64,000 bases of DNA from the human T2T-CHM13v2.0 reference genome, Homo sapiens (GCF_009914755.1 NC_060925.1), one strand, 5' to 3'. Shown: positions 41,651-56,940, counted from the first letter of the stretch. Program-made: numbers and translations. Notes: generated by a model not told the origin, from the letters alone.

Positions 41651-44239
41651 AGAGTGTCCCTGAAAAACTGAGTATATTCAATGAACATTCAGGCATTACT
41701 TATTGAACTGAAGAGGAGATAGTTGGAGAGCACTACAGTATAGCTGGGAGAACATAAGCTTTGTAGTCTGATAGATCTACTTCAAAATCCATCTCTGTTT
41801 CTTTCTAACTGGAAGTTATCTTCTGAATTTTAGGTTTCTTTTTTATTTGTAAAATAGGATAATAAAACTTAGTTTGCAGGGCTATTTTTAGGATTGGCGA
41901 CTCATGTTCAGTGGCTGACACAGTGTTCGTGCTCCGTATTTTGTGATGGCAATGAATGTGGAGTACAGGAACATAATATAAATTATACTGACTTTTCTCT
42001 GATCTCATTTGTTGTTGGTGCTATAAAGGCCTGCAGATAAACTCTGACCCTTCTTAAAGAGACAAATAATTGTTTTATTGGCCTTTTAGTTTCAAAGGAA
42101 GTTAGACATGAAGGCCTGCTGAGACTGCGTGACTGGATTATTTCTTTCGTATTATTTCTCCCTCTTTTTTCCCCATTGTCTTGAAATTGTGTACCTCAGA
42201 CCTACTGTTTTTGTTGTCTCCAGATCACACAGAGCAACTTTTGATGGAAACTTGGGCTCACCAGCATACATTTTTGCAGTGTGTGCATTTGCACTTAACA
42301 ATTCTCTTCTTGGCTTTAGCAATGATTCAAGAAAAAGACCCCAGAGAAGACCAAGGTCATCCAACTTGTTTAACAGGCTTTTTAGGACTAGGGGACTCAG
42401 ATAGAGCTCAGCAGTGGCATATCTTAGAAAATGTTATGTTTGGAAATTCTTTTCTTCTGAGGTGGCAGTGAGATGCAAGAGTTGATATACCAGGGCTACT
42501 TGCTTTGAGGGCATGCATCAAGGACAAGGAACCCCAGCAATCTCCTCCAATGCTGCATTTTTAGGATTTTGTTTAAAGTGAAAAAAATAGGAGGAAGAGG
42601 AGGAAATTGGGAGATAAGGACTCAGATACAGAAGCAGGAAGGTTGCCTCTGTTTTTTTCAGTGAGTGATTCTCTTTGTACAGTGCTATTCACATTTTCCC
42701 ACAATATAATGGTTCACAAAATTTGTAAGGTCCAGGTGATCCTCTCAACTTCCCATATATTAGAGACAGCTTTGGGTATCACCATCAAACAAGTATCTGA
42801 AGAAATCTCAATGAATGTTATTATTATTATTGCTTATTTATGAATCTCATTTCACAAACTTGGGAATAAAGTAAATATTACTGTCTTTACTTTCACTAAT
42901 GTATCCTAATTTCTGTCTCCGAGTCCTATTTTGCTTACCTAGTAGAAAACTTAAGCTTAGGTCTTTCTGGCATTCTCAACCTCAAGAGTGAATCACAATT
43001 CCTTGGGCTTACTGCAAAGTATGAATATAGGACAACCTTGTCTTGAGTCATTGAGCCTACAGGCTGACTTGACCATAAGAAGTCTGTTGTTTCTATCCTC
43101 ATAGCTTCTTTAGGTTTACTATAACAGCATGTGTTACCTCCTTGTAATCCTTGGGGCCCAGGAATCTTAAGCAAGTCTTCCTTTGATCCTCTCTGCCTAG
43201 AAGCCATCTCCTTCCTGGTGTCTTGCTACCTTCTCAATATACTTTGGGGAAGCAGAGCCCAGGCCCTTTGTACTCTTAGGCCCCAAACCTGGAAGGTGGG
43301 GAGTAGGAGGGAGTTGGTAGCTGGAGTTGGGCTTTCACTCTCTATATGTCCCTTTTATCTACTGTCCTAAAAGCTTTCTGACTTTCCCTATTTCTCCCCT
43401 GGGAGACAAGTGAGCTCAGGGCCTGCCTCTTGCTTCAGTGGAAGAGAAGGGAATAGGAAAAAGGCAGAGAGAGAAATGCATAGGTTGCTATCTCAAAACT
43501 ATATACACAAAACTGGAAAAAAAAAAAAGACTTCTAAGGCTGCCCTTAAAGAGTGGAATCTTTTCTAAGATGAGATAGAGATTACAGATGAATATGTTGA
43601 AACCAAAAGAACAGTTTTCTTGTTGTGCCAGAACCATGCTGGCTTCCTAGGGAAAACATACTCTGATTCAGCCAGAGAAACAATTGTGTCTTAGGCAGAT
43701 AGTTACAAAGCTGGCACCATGGAGTTGCTTTGAATAAACCAATGCAATTATGTGGTCATTTAAAAACTTCTCTATTTTATAATTGAATGCACTAAGATAG
43801 AAGTGGTACCTAGAAGAGCAGAACTCTCAAAGGTACCACGACCTTTTACCACATCTCTCCTGAGCCTCTCTTTTATTTTTACAGTATTTGATTCTTCTCT
43901 TTTTGATATTTCAGGGCTGGAGGAAACTCCTACTCATGTTATCAGACACTGTATGCCTTATTTTACATATGTGCTTAGACTCAGCGTCCAAAGGGTACCA
44001 TTGTGGCTTGTTGGGCTGAACATGGGTCCTTGACTTGGGAAGCATAGGTACACGTTCCTTGCTACACTTAATTCATTTGGTGGTCTTTAACAGGTTGCTT
44101 ATGCTATCTAAGGCTATTTCCTTATTTTAAAGAGAGAAGTGAAAAATATCTAATGCACGATTTTGTTCTGAGAGTCAAATGAAACAATGTGATGAGAGGT
44201 TGTTTGTAAAATACTGTTTTATACAATTATTTCCTTTTC

Positions 44240-46940
44240 TCCAAAACTGTTTATTACATGTGTGCCATGTGCCAAATACTTTGTTTGGTCTAGGCTTTAG
44301 AGCCGTGTAGATAAATAAAATGTAGTCACTTCTGTCAAGCAATATAATCTGGTGAGGGAGATAAAACAGAAAGATACAGCGTGAAGTCATATCTGTAGGG
44401 ATAGAACTATGTCATATCATGCATAATTACATAGTCGTACAAAAGGATAATACTAGAATTGGCTTCCTGAAGAAGTTGATTCCTGGGTTGAGTCTTATAG
44501 GATGAAGAATTTGGTGGTATGAGGTAGATGAATGAGAAAGACATGCCAAGGTATCAATAACAGAATGAACAGACAGTGAAGCAGCAAGCACCCATGTGTT
44601 GGTGTGTATTGGTGGAAGCAGAGGGTGGACAGACATATCAATATAGCTGGCACTTACAGTTGGAAGCAATATGTAGCTTGAGATAAATATAGGCAGGTAG
44701 TTAAAGAACAAAGATTACTTTGATGAAGAACTCAGATGTAATTTTTTAGGTGATGAGAAATCATTGAAGAGTTTTATACCATCAGATTTTTACTTTTTAT
44801 AGATAACCCTAATGAAGGGATTCGCAGTGTCAGCAGTTAATTTGAGTTATCAGGACTAGAATCAGAGAGACAAGTCAGTCTCGCCATCAGGGGAAGCAAT
44901 GATGAAGATCTGAATTAGCACACTGGCAATAAGAATAGAGTGTGAAGAATAGGGCAATGCTTGGAGATTGACTTGGCTCTTGGAGATAATGATTGAAATA
45001 TGGAAATCAAGGATGATTGATGCCAATGACTGGGAACACATATAGAGATAGAAACAAGTTTAGGAGTGGATAAATTTAGTTTGGGGTGCTCAATTTGAGG
45101 GCTATGTGAGGCATTCAGTTTGAGATACACATTCAGATGCTGGAATTATGAACATGAACCTCAGAGAAGAGATCTGGGCCAATAATATAGATGTATTCAT
45201 ATACTTAATAAGTACAGCTTGAGAGACTGCAACCATAGAAGTCTCGTGGTCAATTTTTGCTCTCCAATACTCTCATTTTGATAATTAAAATATCTGGTTT
45301 CATATGGTAGTTAAATTTCAAGTTTGCATTTTAAGCTAAAGAATCTGCCCTCCCAAACTTTGGACATGAAAAAGATGGAATGAGGGAGGAAAAATTGGGC
45401 CATGAAAGGTCTCTCTTGACTAATACCAATGTAATCTGGTATTGGGTTGATCTGGTTGTTTCAGATGTTTCAAGGTGATTCTTTCTCTTGTGGGTACTTT
45501 CATGGGCTCATTGAAGAATTGCCTACTGAACTATGCTAATTATAGCTCCCTTGATGTCAGCAGTGTGTATCCTTAGGCTGGCTACTTACAGCCCCTTCCC
45601 ATCCCTCCCACTCACCATGCAGTTCCACTTTTTAATGGTCCACTAGTACCACCCTAATCTAAGATATCCTTTCTACTTTAAGTTCTGCTCAGGTGCTATA
45701 GCATTTATCCTGAAACATGGACTAGTTGATATTTGTTCTTCCAGGGCTTCAACCAAAACCAAAGTAGAATGAACCCCATTTTTATCTTCTATTTCAGAGA
45801 TATGTGAATTGTTCAATTAGAAGTGGTAATTGAAATGATGAGATCCTTTTTCTTCCCACCTTCACCCTCGCAGTAAGAATGCTCACAAAGGGGCAGGGCA
45901 CAGTGGCTCATGCCTGTAATCCCAGTACTTTGTACTTTGGGAGGCCAAGGCGGGCAGATCTCCTGAGGTCAGGAGTTTGAGATCAGCCTGGCCAACATGA
46001 TGAAACCCCATCTCTACTAAAAATACAAAAATTAGATGGGCGTGGTGGCAGGTGCCTGTAATCCCAGCTACTCGGTAGGCTGGGGTTGAACCCAGGAGGC
46101 AGAGGTTGCAGTGAGCCAAGATTGCACAACTGCAATCCAGTCTGAACGACAGAGCAAGACTCCCTCTCAAAAAAAAAAAAAAAAAAAAAAAGAATGTTCA
46201 AAAAGGAAGATAACTGGAATGCAAAATACAAACAGATTGCTGGGAGACAAACCATCATTCAGAAAGTGAGCTAAGGCAGGGAAGGACAGAGACAGAGAAG
46301 CAATGGTTGAGATAGAAGGAGAACCTGGAGAGTAAGGAGTCAAATAAATTACAGAGTAAAGAGGTCTAAGAAGGAGGACATAGTCAATATATGGGATGTT
46401 GTGAAGAGATGCAATATTATGAGGACTAGGATAGGAAAATATTAGATTTTGCTATGAGATCAATTGCTATCCTTGCAAGGAAATCCAGTTAGAGAAAGGG
46501 AAATGGCAAGGGTTTTTGAGAAGTGTGGATGAAAGAGGAGAAATATTAGATATTAGATACAGGAGATGTGGGGTCAATATAGAGTTTTTAGAATTGGAGA
46601 AGCCAGCAATGTTCACAGGCTGAGGGAAAACAGGCATAGTGAGGGCTTATTTGAAGAGCCAGGAAGGAAGAAGGATAATTGATGGTAGATGGTTAAAGCT
46701 GATTATTTCTCTTTTGGGCACTTTTGATGTCTCGTGGGGTGTAGGAAGGAAGGAGATCAAGAGCATAGTGAAGAGGCTAGGACTGATTAGAAGGAGGGGT
46801 AGCTCATCCGCTGAAAAAGGAGAAGTGTGACATAAGCATGCATTTTGATTTGTTTGTTCATAGTGGCAGAAAGCTGAATGAGATCATGTCTGATGGCTTT
46901 AATTTTCTCACTGAAATAGGGGATAAGGCTCTGTGCTAAG
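44240..46940 (-). mobile_element. Fragmented L2 (44240-45200, 46230-46940)
   Basis: GA-rich degenerate L2 (gtttattacatgtgtgccatgtgcca...; tttagtttggggtg...tttgagg). Confidence 0.5.
45891..46191 (+). mobile_element. AluSx/Sz-like
   Basis: TSD AAGAATG(C/T)TCA; internal 7-nt duplication gtacttt and a small right-arm deletion. Confidence 0.96.
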
Positions 46941-47693
46941 TGTGGTGAACCAGGATCTGAGTCACTTCTAATCCACTCATTTAGAAATTATAAAGACTGA
47001 ACTGAATGGAGTGGTATTATTATACCTAACATACAGATCTGGAATCTGTGATTCAGAACACTTAAGTGGCTTGCTTGAGGCTACCCTAGTGGCTAATGTT
47101 AGAGTCTGGACAGAATGAAGAGTCCCCAGATCATCAGGTTATTGGCACTTGACAGTCTCAAGAAATTCTTATGTTCCATCTTTATCGGCCCATCAAAGAA
47201 TAAGAGGTAAAAATAGAAAATTGCAAAAGGAGTTGTAAATTTATATATTCTTTATCACCTTTCCCCTCTCCTTTTTATAACCAAACTTTAACATTTACTG
47301 AATATCTAATATCTTCTAGTCACTGTGATAAACGCTATTCTGGGAAATCAAATATGTAGCTGATTTATAGTGAGCACTTATTATGTATCAGGAACTATTC
47401 TAAGTATTTTATGCTTATAAATGAATGTAATTATTTTATGAATGTAATGAGGCTGGAGAACTCTTGTCTCCATATTATAGAGAAAGAAACTGAAGTCCAG
47501 TGATGTTAGCTGACTTAAACACAGATATTAAATGACAAAGCTAGGCTTGTCTAGCTACAGTTCCCACAGTTTAAATCATTACAATATACGTAGTTTCTAC
47601 TCTCAAGGAACTTACCTTCTTTTGGGAAAGCAAAAGGAAAACATGGTTGGTTTTAACAAATAAAGCAATCAAAAGCCAGATGATATAACACTA

Positions 47694-48010
<317 letters not shown>

Positions 48011-48533
48011 AGAAAAGTAATAATATGGGCCATCATGAATTGCAAAATGACTAGGCATTTAGAGATACAGGAAAGAGATGTCAGACGGACTAGATTGTCT
48101 GACAGGTAGGATTAATACATTTTGTTAATACAACACTAATGGCTAACAGGTGTTTGTTGAATTTAGTTGATCAAAGAGAAATAGTCCAGTCAGCCTTATC
48201 ATTTATGTGCACATATATAAAACTTTAGACCTTTATATTAAACCCAAATCACCAAGCTGGACTTTGCCTTCTTTCAAGTGTTTTCCCTTAGAACTTTTAT
48301 TGCCAGCAAACCTAAGCTATAACCTTTCCAGCCACTGGGATAGGTTCTACTAACACTGAACTCCAAAAACACCTCTCCAAGTGGGAGAGGGCCTTGATCT
48401 TTTTCCTTTTAGCTAAGGAAGCTCTTTGACCACCATAAAAATTTGCTGGTTTTCTCCCTACTTTATCAACATATCAAAGGTATACTGAGAAAGGCAGCTT
48501 ATATTGGGACCCAAAAGGTCTAATTATAACCTC

Positions 48534-49135
48534 TGTATTTGTTTTCTATTGTTGATGTTACAAATTACCACAAATTAAGTGGCTTAGAATACCAACCACT
48601 TATTGTCTCATGGTTCTATTCATCAGAAGTCCAAGTACAGCATGGTTCAACTGCTTGAAATCTCCAAGCCAAAATCAATGTGTCAGCATGTCTGCCTTCC
48701 TTTCTGGAGGTTCTAAGGATGAAGTTGCTTTAAGTTCATGAAGATTGTTGGCACAATTCAGTTCCTTGTGCCTGTAGGGCTGAGGTCCCTGTTTTCTTGC
48801 CGAAAACCAACCAGGAAACTCTCTTAGCTCCTTAATACTGGCCAGTTTCCTCATCCCATTGTTCCCTCCATCTTCAAGCCAGCAAAGGCACGCCCTTCTA
48901 ATGCTTCAAATCTCCTGGGCTTTCCACATCGCTCTCCCTCCAGTAGGAGAATGTTCTCTACTTTAAGAGCTCATGGGATTAGATTGGGCCCATCAGGATA
49001 TTCCAATATCGTCTTCCTATCATAAGGTCTGTAACCTTAATGGTATCTGCAAAGTCTCTTTTATCATTTAATGTAACATATCTATGAATTCTAAGGGATT
49101 AGGGGATCAGCATCTTCTGAGATCCTTCTGCCCAC
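48534..49135 (-). mobile_element. MLT1 (E-like) MaLR LTR
   Basis: tgtatttgttttctattg...acaaattaccacaaa...gattagattgggccca...ctgcaaagtc. Confidence 0.8.
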
Positions 49136-49689
49136 TCTACCATCCCCCTAGAAACAAGGGAGCATTACTCAGAATAGCCACTTAAATAATTCCCCCTCCC
49201 CCCTCAAAAAAAAAAAAAAAAAAAAAAACAACAACCAATGGGCCAAACATACAAAAACCACATCTGCACCAGAGCCAGGTATCTGCTGACTCTCCAGCTC
49301 TAGTCAGAGAAGAGGTGAACATGTTTTGAAAGGAAATATTTTTCATCAGGCATCCCATTGTATATGTTGGACGTTAGACCATTCTTTACCTATATGAGGT
49401 ACTTAGTAAATAGTAGCTGCTGTGATGGTGATGAAGGCAGTGATCCCACTAGACTCAACTTAAGACAGAATGCTAGCTACTGAAGCAGATTCAAAGCAAT
49501 CAAACTTAGCTTTTGCCTTAGGGAAAATGACAGGTACACAAACACAGGATGGAGCAGTAAACGCCTTGAAAAGAGGGACCTTTTTTTTTCCTTTTGATGG
49601 CTGTTCTTGATGCTTGTTTTAAACTGTTATCACCCAATTAAAAATGATGCAAAGGGTGGAAAGCAGGGTTTGTTAACACGGGATTTACC

Positions 49690-49800
49690 CCAACTGCCAC
49701 TCACTTCCTGTGTAGTGCCAATCTTGCAAATCCAGAAAGGCCAGCCACTCGAAACCGCCTCAGAGAGGGCCAGGAACCAGGAAAGGTCAGCAAAGCCTCT
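49690..49800. promoter_or_regulatory. Candidate enhancer (ETS/NFI/CEBP motif cluster)
   Basis: CACTTCCTGT 49702-49711, TGCCAA 49716-49721, TTGCAAAT 49724-49731; locally GC/CpG-richer unique DNA. Confidence 0.3.
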
Positions 49801-50794
49801 TGGATTTAAAGTAAAGAACCAGGAAACAAAGGGCTCAACGCAACTTTTACAACTACAAATTAAATGCAAAAAATGACACATCATTACATAAGCAGCATAA
49901 AATATAATTTAAATGTCAAAAGAACTGAAGATTCTTGAATCATGTAAGAAAAACTTGCAGAATGTGTTAAATGTCTCAATTTGTACTATACCAAAAAAAA
50001 GTAAAAAGTAAAAATGGCATTGTTTTATAATGCAAAAATACAGAAATCAGTCTTGTTTTCCTGCTGTTTATAGAAATCCTTAGGCTTATTTTAGCCAACT
50101 TTAAAAATATTCATCTTTTAAAAATTCTCATGACTTTCAGGGACTGTGGATATATTTGAGGATAAGAGGGTATTATTTAACTTAAGACAGTGCTTAAATG
50201 TGATATGTGTGCCTATTAAAGTTACAGTTAAATCTTTTATATGGATGCATTTTCATTGGGAGGAGTAGGCGTTTCACAGATTGCTCTACTACTTGGAATA
50301 TGATTTCACATACATTTTTGCTCTCTTGAAAATTAGCTTTGTGGCAATTGGTTTCCCTACTTCTGCCACCCACTTACATTTTAGATCTTTGTTTTGAAGC
50401 TTGTGAGATATATTTAACAACATCATATTAACATTTTAGGTCTCTGTCTGAATACAGTAGTTCCACATTCTTTGGCAGATGCAGAATTTTTCTAGTTTTT
50501 GGTTGTCAAAGATATCAATGTAAACAAAGCTAAATGTGTGTGTATGTCTATACATGCATTTGTATGTGTATGTGTGTAGTATAAGCTATACCTAGAAAAT
50601 TTACTCTTCAATCATTTATTAAACATTTATTGAGCTCTTACTGTGCTCCCTGCCATTACCTAAGCACTGAGAATACTAAGGTTACTAGGACACAGTACCC
50701 TGGATTCAGAGAGCTCTCAGAATATTGGTTGAGGGAAACTTGGAGCAGTATATTGTGGTAAATGGCAGCCAGCAGTGCAGATAGAAAGCTTTGA

Positions 50795-50796
<2 letters not shown>

Positions 50797-50838
<42 letters not shown>
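50797..50838. repeat. (AT)21 microsatellite
   Basis: Perfect run. Confidence 0.98.
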
Positions 50839-50841
<3 letters not shown>

Positions 50842-51335
50842 GAAACTTACTTTAAACTAGGGCAGAAAGAATTGAGCAAAGTTTCCCGAAGATGACTTTA
50901 TTTTAGTGAATAAGTCTTATAGAAGTAATTTGTTTATTCAGGTTTCTAATACTTTTGGCATTTTCTCAGATTGGATGAATTCCTCCAGTTTAGTGGAGGG
51001 GACATATGAAGGAAAGGAGAGTGAGTTAGGGAAGAAGAGAGAGTGAGGAGTAGTCTCAGAAAGCCTCCTCAGAAAGCCTCAGAAAGTTATAGCCTCCTGG
51101 GCTCTTGCCTCTGGGAAGAGTATACATACAATACTTGCCGGGCCTATGAAAGGCTGGACCTGAAGGGCATCTTAGGTCAGTTTCCTTTATGACAACATTT
51201 TCCTGGACAGTCTTCAGTAGTGCTACCTGAAGTCACATAGGCTTCCCTCCCAGGTCGGTCATTCTTCAAACTAGGGCACCAACACAATGTATTCTGCACC
51301 TGAGGTATCATGAAAACAGCAAGGGAGTAGAAACA

Positions 51336-51760
51336 TAGTTGACTCTTGAACAACATAGGCATTAGGGGTGCTGAACCCTCGCACAGTTCCAAATCGAATA
51401 TTACTTTTATTCCCCCCACCAAACTTAACTACTAATAGCCTACTGTTGCTCAGAAGCCTCGCAGGTAACATACTCAATTAACACATATTTGTATATGTAT
51501 TATAGACTGTATTCTTACAATAAACTAGATTAAAGAAAATGTTATTAAGAAAATCACAAGGAAGAAAAAATATACTTATTATTTATTAAGTGGAAAAGGG
51601 TCATCATAAAGGTCTTCATCCTTGTTATCTTCATGTTGAGCAGGTTGAGGAGGAAGAGGAAGGGGGTGGTCTTGCTGTCTCAGGGGTGGCAGAGGCAGAA
51701 GAAAATTTGGGATAAGTGGACCTGTATGCTTTAAACCTGTATCGTTCATGGGTCAACTTT
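51336..51760. mobile_element. Tigger2a-like DNA transposon
   Basis: TIRs agttgactcttgaacaac ... gttcatgggtcaact; cttaactactaatagcctactgttg. Confidence 0.85.
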
Positions 51761-53089
51761 AATTCTACATAACCTCTAAGAAAGTCAACAGTAGTGCTAA
51801 AAGATTTAAAGTCACTTCTGCCAGTTTACATGTTGCTTTGCTTGGCTCACTTCAAAATTAGGAAACCTATAATCCTTTGCCAAGAATTCAGTATGCAAAT
51901 ATTTTCTAATAAAGAAAATCATAGGAGGAAGTTGAATTTTGTTGCAGTATGCCAACACACTAACAGTGGTTTTTTTTTAAATTTTTTTGACAGAATGCAG
52001 TGTTAGAAAGCAAGCATAATAGAGTTCATTTACAAGAACACCTGCTTTAAAAATAACCCTACTGTTAGGAGGAAACAACTTCTGGACTAGTTCTTTTGAA
52101 TGGAAAAATCCAGAAACGAACAGGAAATAAAGTTGTTGTGTGTTACATACAGAGCATTTGCATCATGGGAAAAGCTTTATATTCCTTTTGAAGTGCCACA
52201 ATTATGTTCTCATTTAATAATATTGTAATGTCGGTGCTTTGATCTTTTGTTATCTGTCCACATTTGGTAATTTTGTGTCTTACAGCCTTCAGTTCAGAAA
52301 AAAAGTTAGTCAGAAAGAACAGTTGAAGGTTTCCTTCAATACTCAGTTCAGCTACCAGAAAAGGTCTCCACAGAAGATTTCTCTCCCAGCATCAGAGAAT
52401 GGGTGGGTAATATAGAGTAAGCTAAGGGAGAGAGAACAGTTCAGCTCGCATCTGTGCTTCGCATCTGTGTTGTAACAGGCATTTATAAAAGGCTGTAGAT
52501 GCAGTACGAAGACCATAGCACAGGAGCCACACAGCTGATTAGAGTAAGAAGCCCAGAAAATGCTGGAAGAATCAGAAGAGCATCAGTTTAGTTCAAAAGA
52601 TGCTTATGAAGGACTTCTCTTTTGCTAGACACTGAACTGCAGTAAAAGTGAAGACAAGGGTTTGTCTTTGTTTCTAGTGAGAGAAACAGGTTCATTCACA
52701 ACTAACTGTATTATGAGCCATTTATACACCAAAATGCAGAATTCATTTTAGCCAGGGGAAGTAAGGATGATTCATTGAGTAGATAATGTTTAAGTGGAGA
52801 CTTGACAATAGGGACAATATTTGCAGGTAGAAAATGGAAACGTGGGAATGGTAGGTGGATCAGGCGTTACATCTGGAATCCACTGCAACAATCTGAGCAC
52901 GGTTGAAGTAAGGAGTAATGCAGAGAGATGAGACTAATAGGACTTTGGTTAATTGGAACAGGACAGTGAAGTCAGAAGATCCTTGATGCTGTGCCAGCCA
53001 GGGTGCTTCTAGGGTGGGAGGTGATGCCATATAGTGGAATAGCAGACACTGCTGGGCATACCTCCTTATGAACAGGACTCTAATTCTAA

Positions 53090-53520
53090 TTTGAAAGCCA
53101 ATGTGCTTAACATAAAATCACCATTTTCTCAGAACTACCTTGTAGCAAGGGATGGCTATGTAACATAGTTTAGGCCATTGAGACATAAGCAGAAGTTGAA
53201 ATATAAGCAGAGGACATTCTGAAAGCCTCTTGAAAAGGAGAAAGACACAGCTGACATCTGCCTTTTTCATGTTGCCCTGCACCCTTCTTTCTACTCAATT
53301 TGTAGGAATGGGCAGCCATCTTGTAACCACGATGACAGATGTCTTGTGGGCAGATGTCTTGTGCTAAGGATCCTAGAGCAGGAAGAAATAAAGAGCTTGG
53401 TTGAGTATCTGCAATAACTCAGGTCTGCCTACCCCAGACTCCTTGTTATGGGAGAAAAATAAACTTCTTATTTGCTTAAACCACTGTAACCAGGTTTCTG
53501 CTAGAGCAGCTAAATTGAAT
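53090..53520 (+). mobile_element. Old MLT1 (I/J/K-like) LTR
   Basis: gcagccatcttgtaacca...ccagactccttgttatgggagaaaaataaac...ttaaaccact. Confidence 0.65.
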
Positions 53521-53980
53521 CCTTACTGATATAGTTGGCCTGTGGGGAAAAGTGAAAATAGTTGAGCAGAAAAGTTGAATGGAAGTTACAAGCCCTAAGA
53601 ATTGCAAGGAGGGAGAAAGGAAAACTTTCCAGATTTTCCCAAGTCAGTACCGTGCAAACGGTTCCAGGTTTTTTTCCATTGAAGAACTGCACGTTATTAC
53701 ATCCATCCATTCAACAATTAAACAAATATTTATTTATTTATTGTGCCACTGTTATGTGTCAGACATTTTACTGGATGCCAGGGATACAAAAAGGTATATG
53801 ATGAGACCCTTCAGGAAGCACATGATCTAATAGAAACAAGCGCGTCAAAGTTAATCATAAATAGTTTGGATTTGAAAACTGTGATTTATAAATTTATAAA
53901 AATTCCTGAAACTCTAGTAGAGAATAAATTATTTTCTTCCAGCTGCACCAAAGATTTGGAATGTAAATTGGTTACTGATA

Positions 53981-54208
53981 CAAATTGAGCATCCCTAATG
54001 TGAATATCCGAAATGATCCAAAGTTAGAAACTTTAAGCATTAACATGACACTCAAAGGGAATGCTCACTGGAGAATTTAGACTTAGATTTTCAGATTAAG
54101 GAGGCTCAATCATTCAACAGGTAAGTATAATGCAATTATTCCAAAAATCTGAGCTCCAAAAGACTTCTGGTCCCAAACATTTTTGGAGGATAAGGGATAT
54201 TCAACCTG
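53981..54208. mobile_element. Tigger4/MER46 MITE
   Basis: TA-flanked; ttgagcatccct...agggatattcaacctg TIRs. Confidence 0.85.
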
Positions 54209-55639
54209 TACATTAGTGCTGCGGAATAAAAGAGGCCATGGTACTTTTTCACCAGTGACTTTGAGTTAAAGGAGCACAAAATTAGTGTCTTTCTAAAGGA
54301 AAATGAATTGAGTAACTGGAGAGGTATTCTCTTGGGAGACACATACATACCACCAGTGGACAGTTATGGATGGCTAGTCTACTTTCATACACTTCCAAAA
54401 GTTCCCATCTCCACTTTTAAAAACCACTGCATCCCATCAAAATTCTAACTTTTTACAATAGTAGAATGGACTGATGTGTGAAATAGAATCTCTTTATGCC
54501 TTGATGAACCTATGGTGGCCGTGAGTAGCAATCTACAAACTTGACTGCTAGCTTCTAAAACAAACATTTAATATCAGCATTAACCTATTCCTTTCCAGAC
54601 ATTCATCAAACATTATTGATCACCCCCTATATGACAGACACCATGGAAGGTGATGAGAAAACAAAGTAGGGTGGCATGGTGCTTGCCCTTAATTTTCTGG
54701 GAGGCTGTGTATCACTGCAAAAGGAAATAGGCAAGGAGCAGGCTCTCCAGTGCAGGCACCTAAGGGAACTGCAGAAAATACATGGATGGTTAATTAGTAG
54801 GAAGCCAAGCAGATTTGATAGTATTAGAGTCCAAGAGAACCTTGTAGATAGTATAACTAGCAATGCTGGAGAGCGTTGCAACAGTGGGCAAGGCTACTAT
54901 TTCTCTGCCCTGATATTTGGACTTTACAAATAGGTGGATAAAAGTTCCCAGGTATATAACTGACCCTTAGGTGCTATGGGCTCTTATGGGCTCCAAAAGC
55001 CAAAACATAGGCCTTTTCTGGGGATAAGGGCACCCCATCATTTATCTTTGTATGATGAATGCAGTTATGTTTTGAAGTCTTGAGTCTCAGGGAACTTTGG
55101 AGGTCAAGTCATTTCTGAGCTTTTTATTGAAGTAGCAATCCTGTGGTCTTCAGATGATGGGAAGTGATTTCCGCAAAAGCTTTTATGCCTTAATTGCTTG
55201 TCCTTTAAGAAATGTGGTATGAGATAAAACAAAGAAGGTGCCTTTCCAGCCAGTTCATTACAGCTTTGCTTCCCACAGTGCATTGTTGTGCTTCTCTGGA
55301 TAAATACTAAGTAGTGTTTTTCTCCTAATTATTTCCTCAAAGTGATAGTATCAGCCCTGATGTTGAATAATGATCTCTGCTATTATTAAGATTTTGTGTG
55401 TGTCTGTGTGTTTTGAGAATTGTGTGACTGCTATATGACTGCAATATTTGCTTCGCTTCACAAAAGTCAGTCAGGACAGGAAGGCATTTGACAGGTTAAC
55501 TAGTCCACCCCTCACTTCTGGAAGTAACCTTTAACATCTGCTGTTAGATATTCTTCTTCTTTTCTGTTCACAGCCTAATAGAAATATATCAACACTACTC
55601 ATCCTGAACAAGTTTAGGAGAAGGCCATTGCCTGGGTAG

Positions 55640-55953
<314 letters not shown>

Positions 55954-56779
55954 TGGGCAGTGTGATTTTATGGACTTAGTCTACCATGACTTTTTCCCTT
56001 GGATGAGCAGCTAAACAGTTACCACTGTTGCACAACTCCACTGTTCAAATCAGAATCTATGTGAATGGTGGTCCTGAAGTTGTGCAATAAAAAATGCACA
56101 GAGTCAGACCTCACAACTCTGAGCTAAGATATAGATATTTGAAATGTGTCCACCACATTTCAAGCATCACACTGTTTGGGAGCCTGCTTGCTATTCTGAA
56201 GACTCAAAGTTAAATATTAAAATTTCATGTAAATTTTGCTTCTATTCTATTATTTGTTTAAGACACAAATCCTATTTTAAACTACGTACCATAGAGGAAA
56301 ATTAGTGTTCCATTAAAAGTGACCATGTTTAAAAATCTGTACTTTCTTGTTCCTATTGCACACTAAAAATGATGGGTAAACACAAAGGACAAAGGACAGC
56401 TTCTCTAATGAGCTGTATGCAACTCTAGGGCCTGGAAATTCAACCCATTTTGAATTTGTGGATCTATGCTCTCAAGGGTTTATATATGACTACATTAATA
56501 AATCAGCCAATAGACTTCAAATAGGTTGACAGCATGTGAAATCCAAGTGAAAAATTTTGTGCAGTGAGGAGCAATTCATGTGGAAGAAAAGCAAAAATAA
56601 CATATTTGATCAATATATTATACTTCAGAAAGCACTTGCACATGAGACTGTGACCTTTGTCAGTCAAAGACCATTTTCAAATTATTTGTGTTCCCATTGC
56701 TATAAGCAAAAGTAAATTCCTAATAAATATTTCCTAAGTTAATTCTTAATAAATATTCGTTATCATATTTGGCCCACCT

Positions 56780-56940
56780 AACAGCCCCGTAAGGTCAGGA
56801 ATACTATCATTTTGCAAAGGATGAAACTGAGGTTCAATATTGACTTGCCCAAGATAACACTGTTAGCTGATGGCAGGATTGGGAAAGGGAACCTGAACCA
56901 TGTCCCGTGATTCATCAACAGTGCACTGTCTATGACACCA
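56780..56940 (-). mobile_element. MIR
   Basis: gaaactgagg...gacttgcccaagataacac. Confidence 0.7.
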
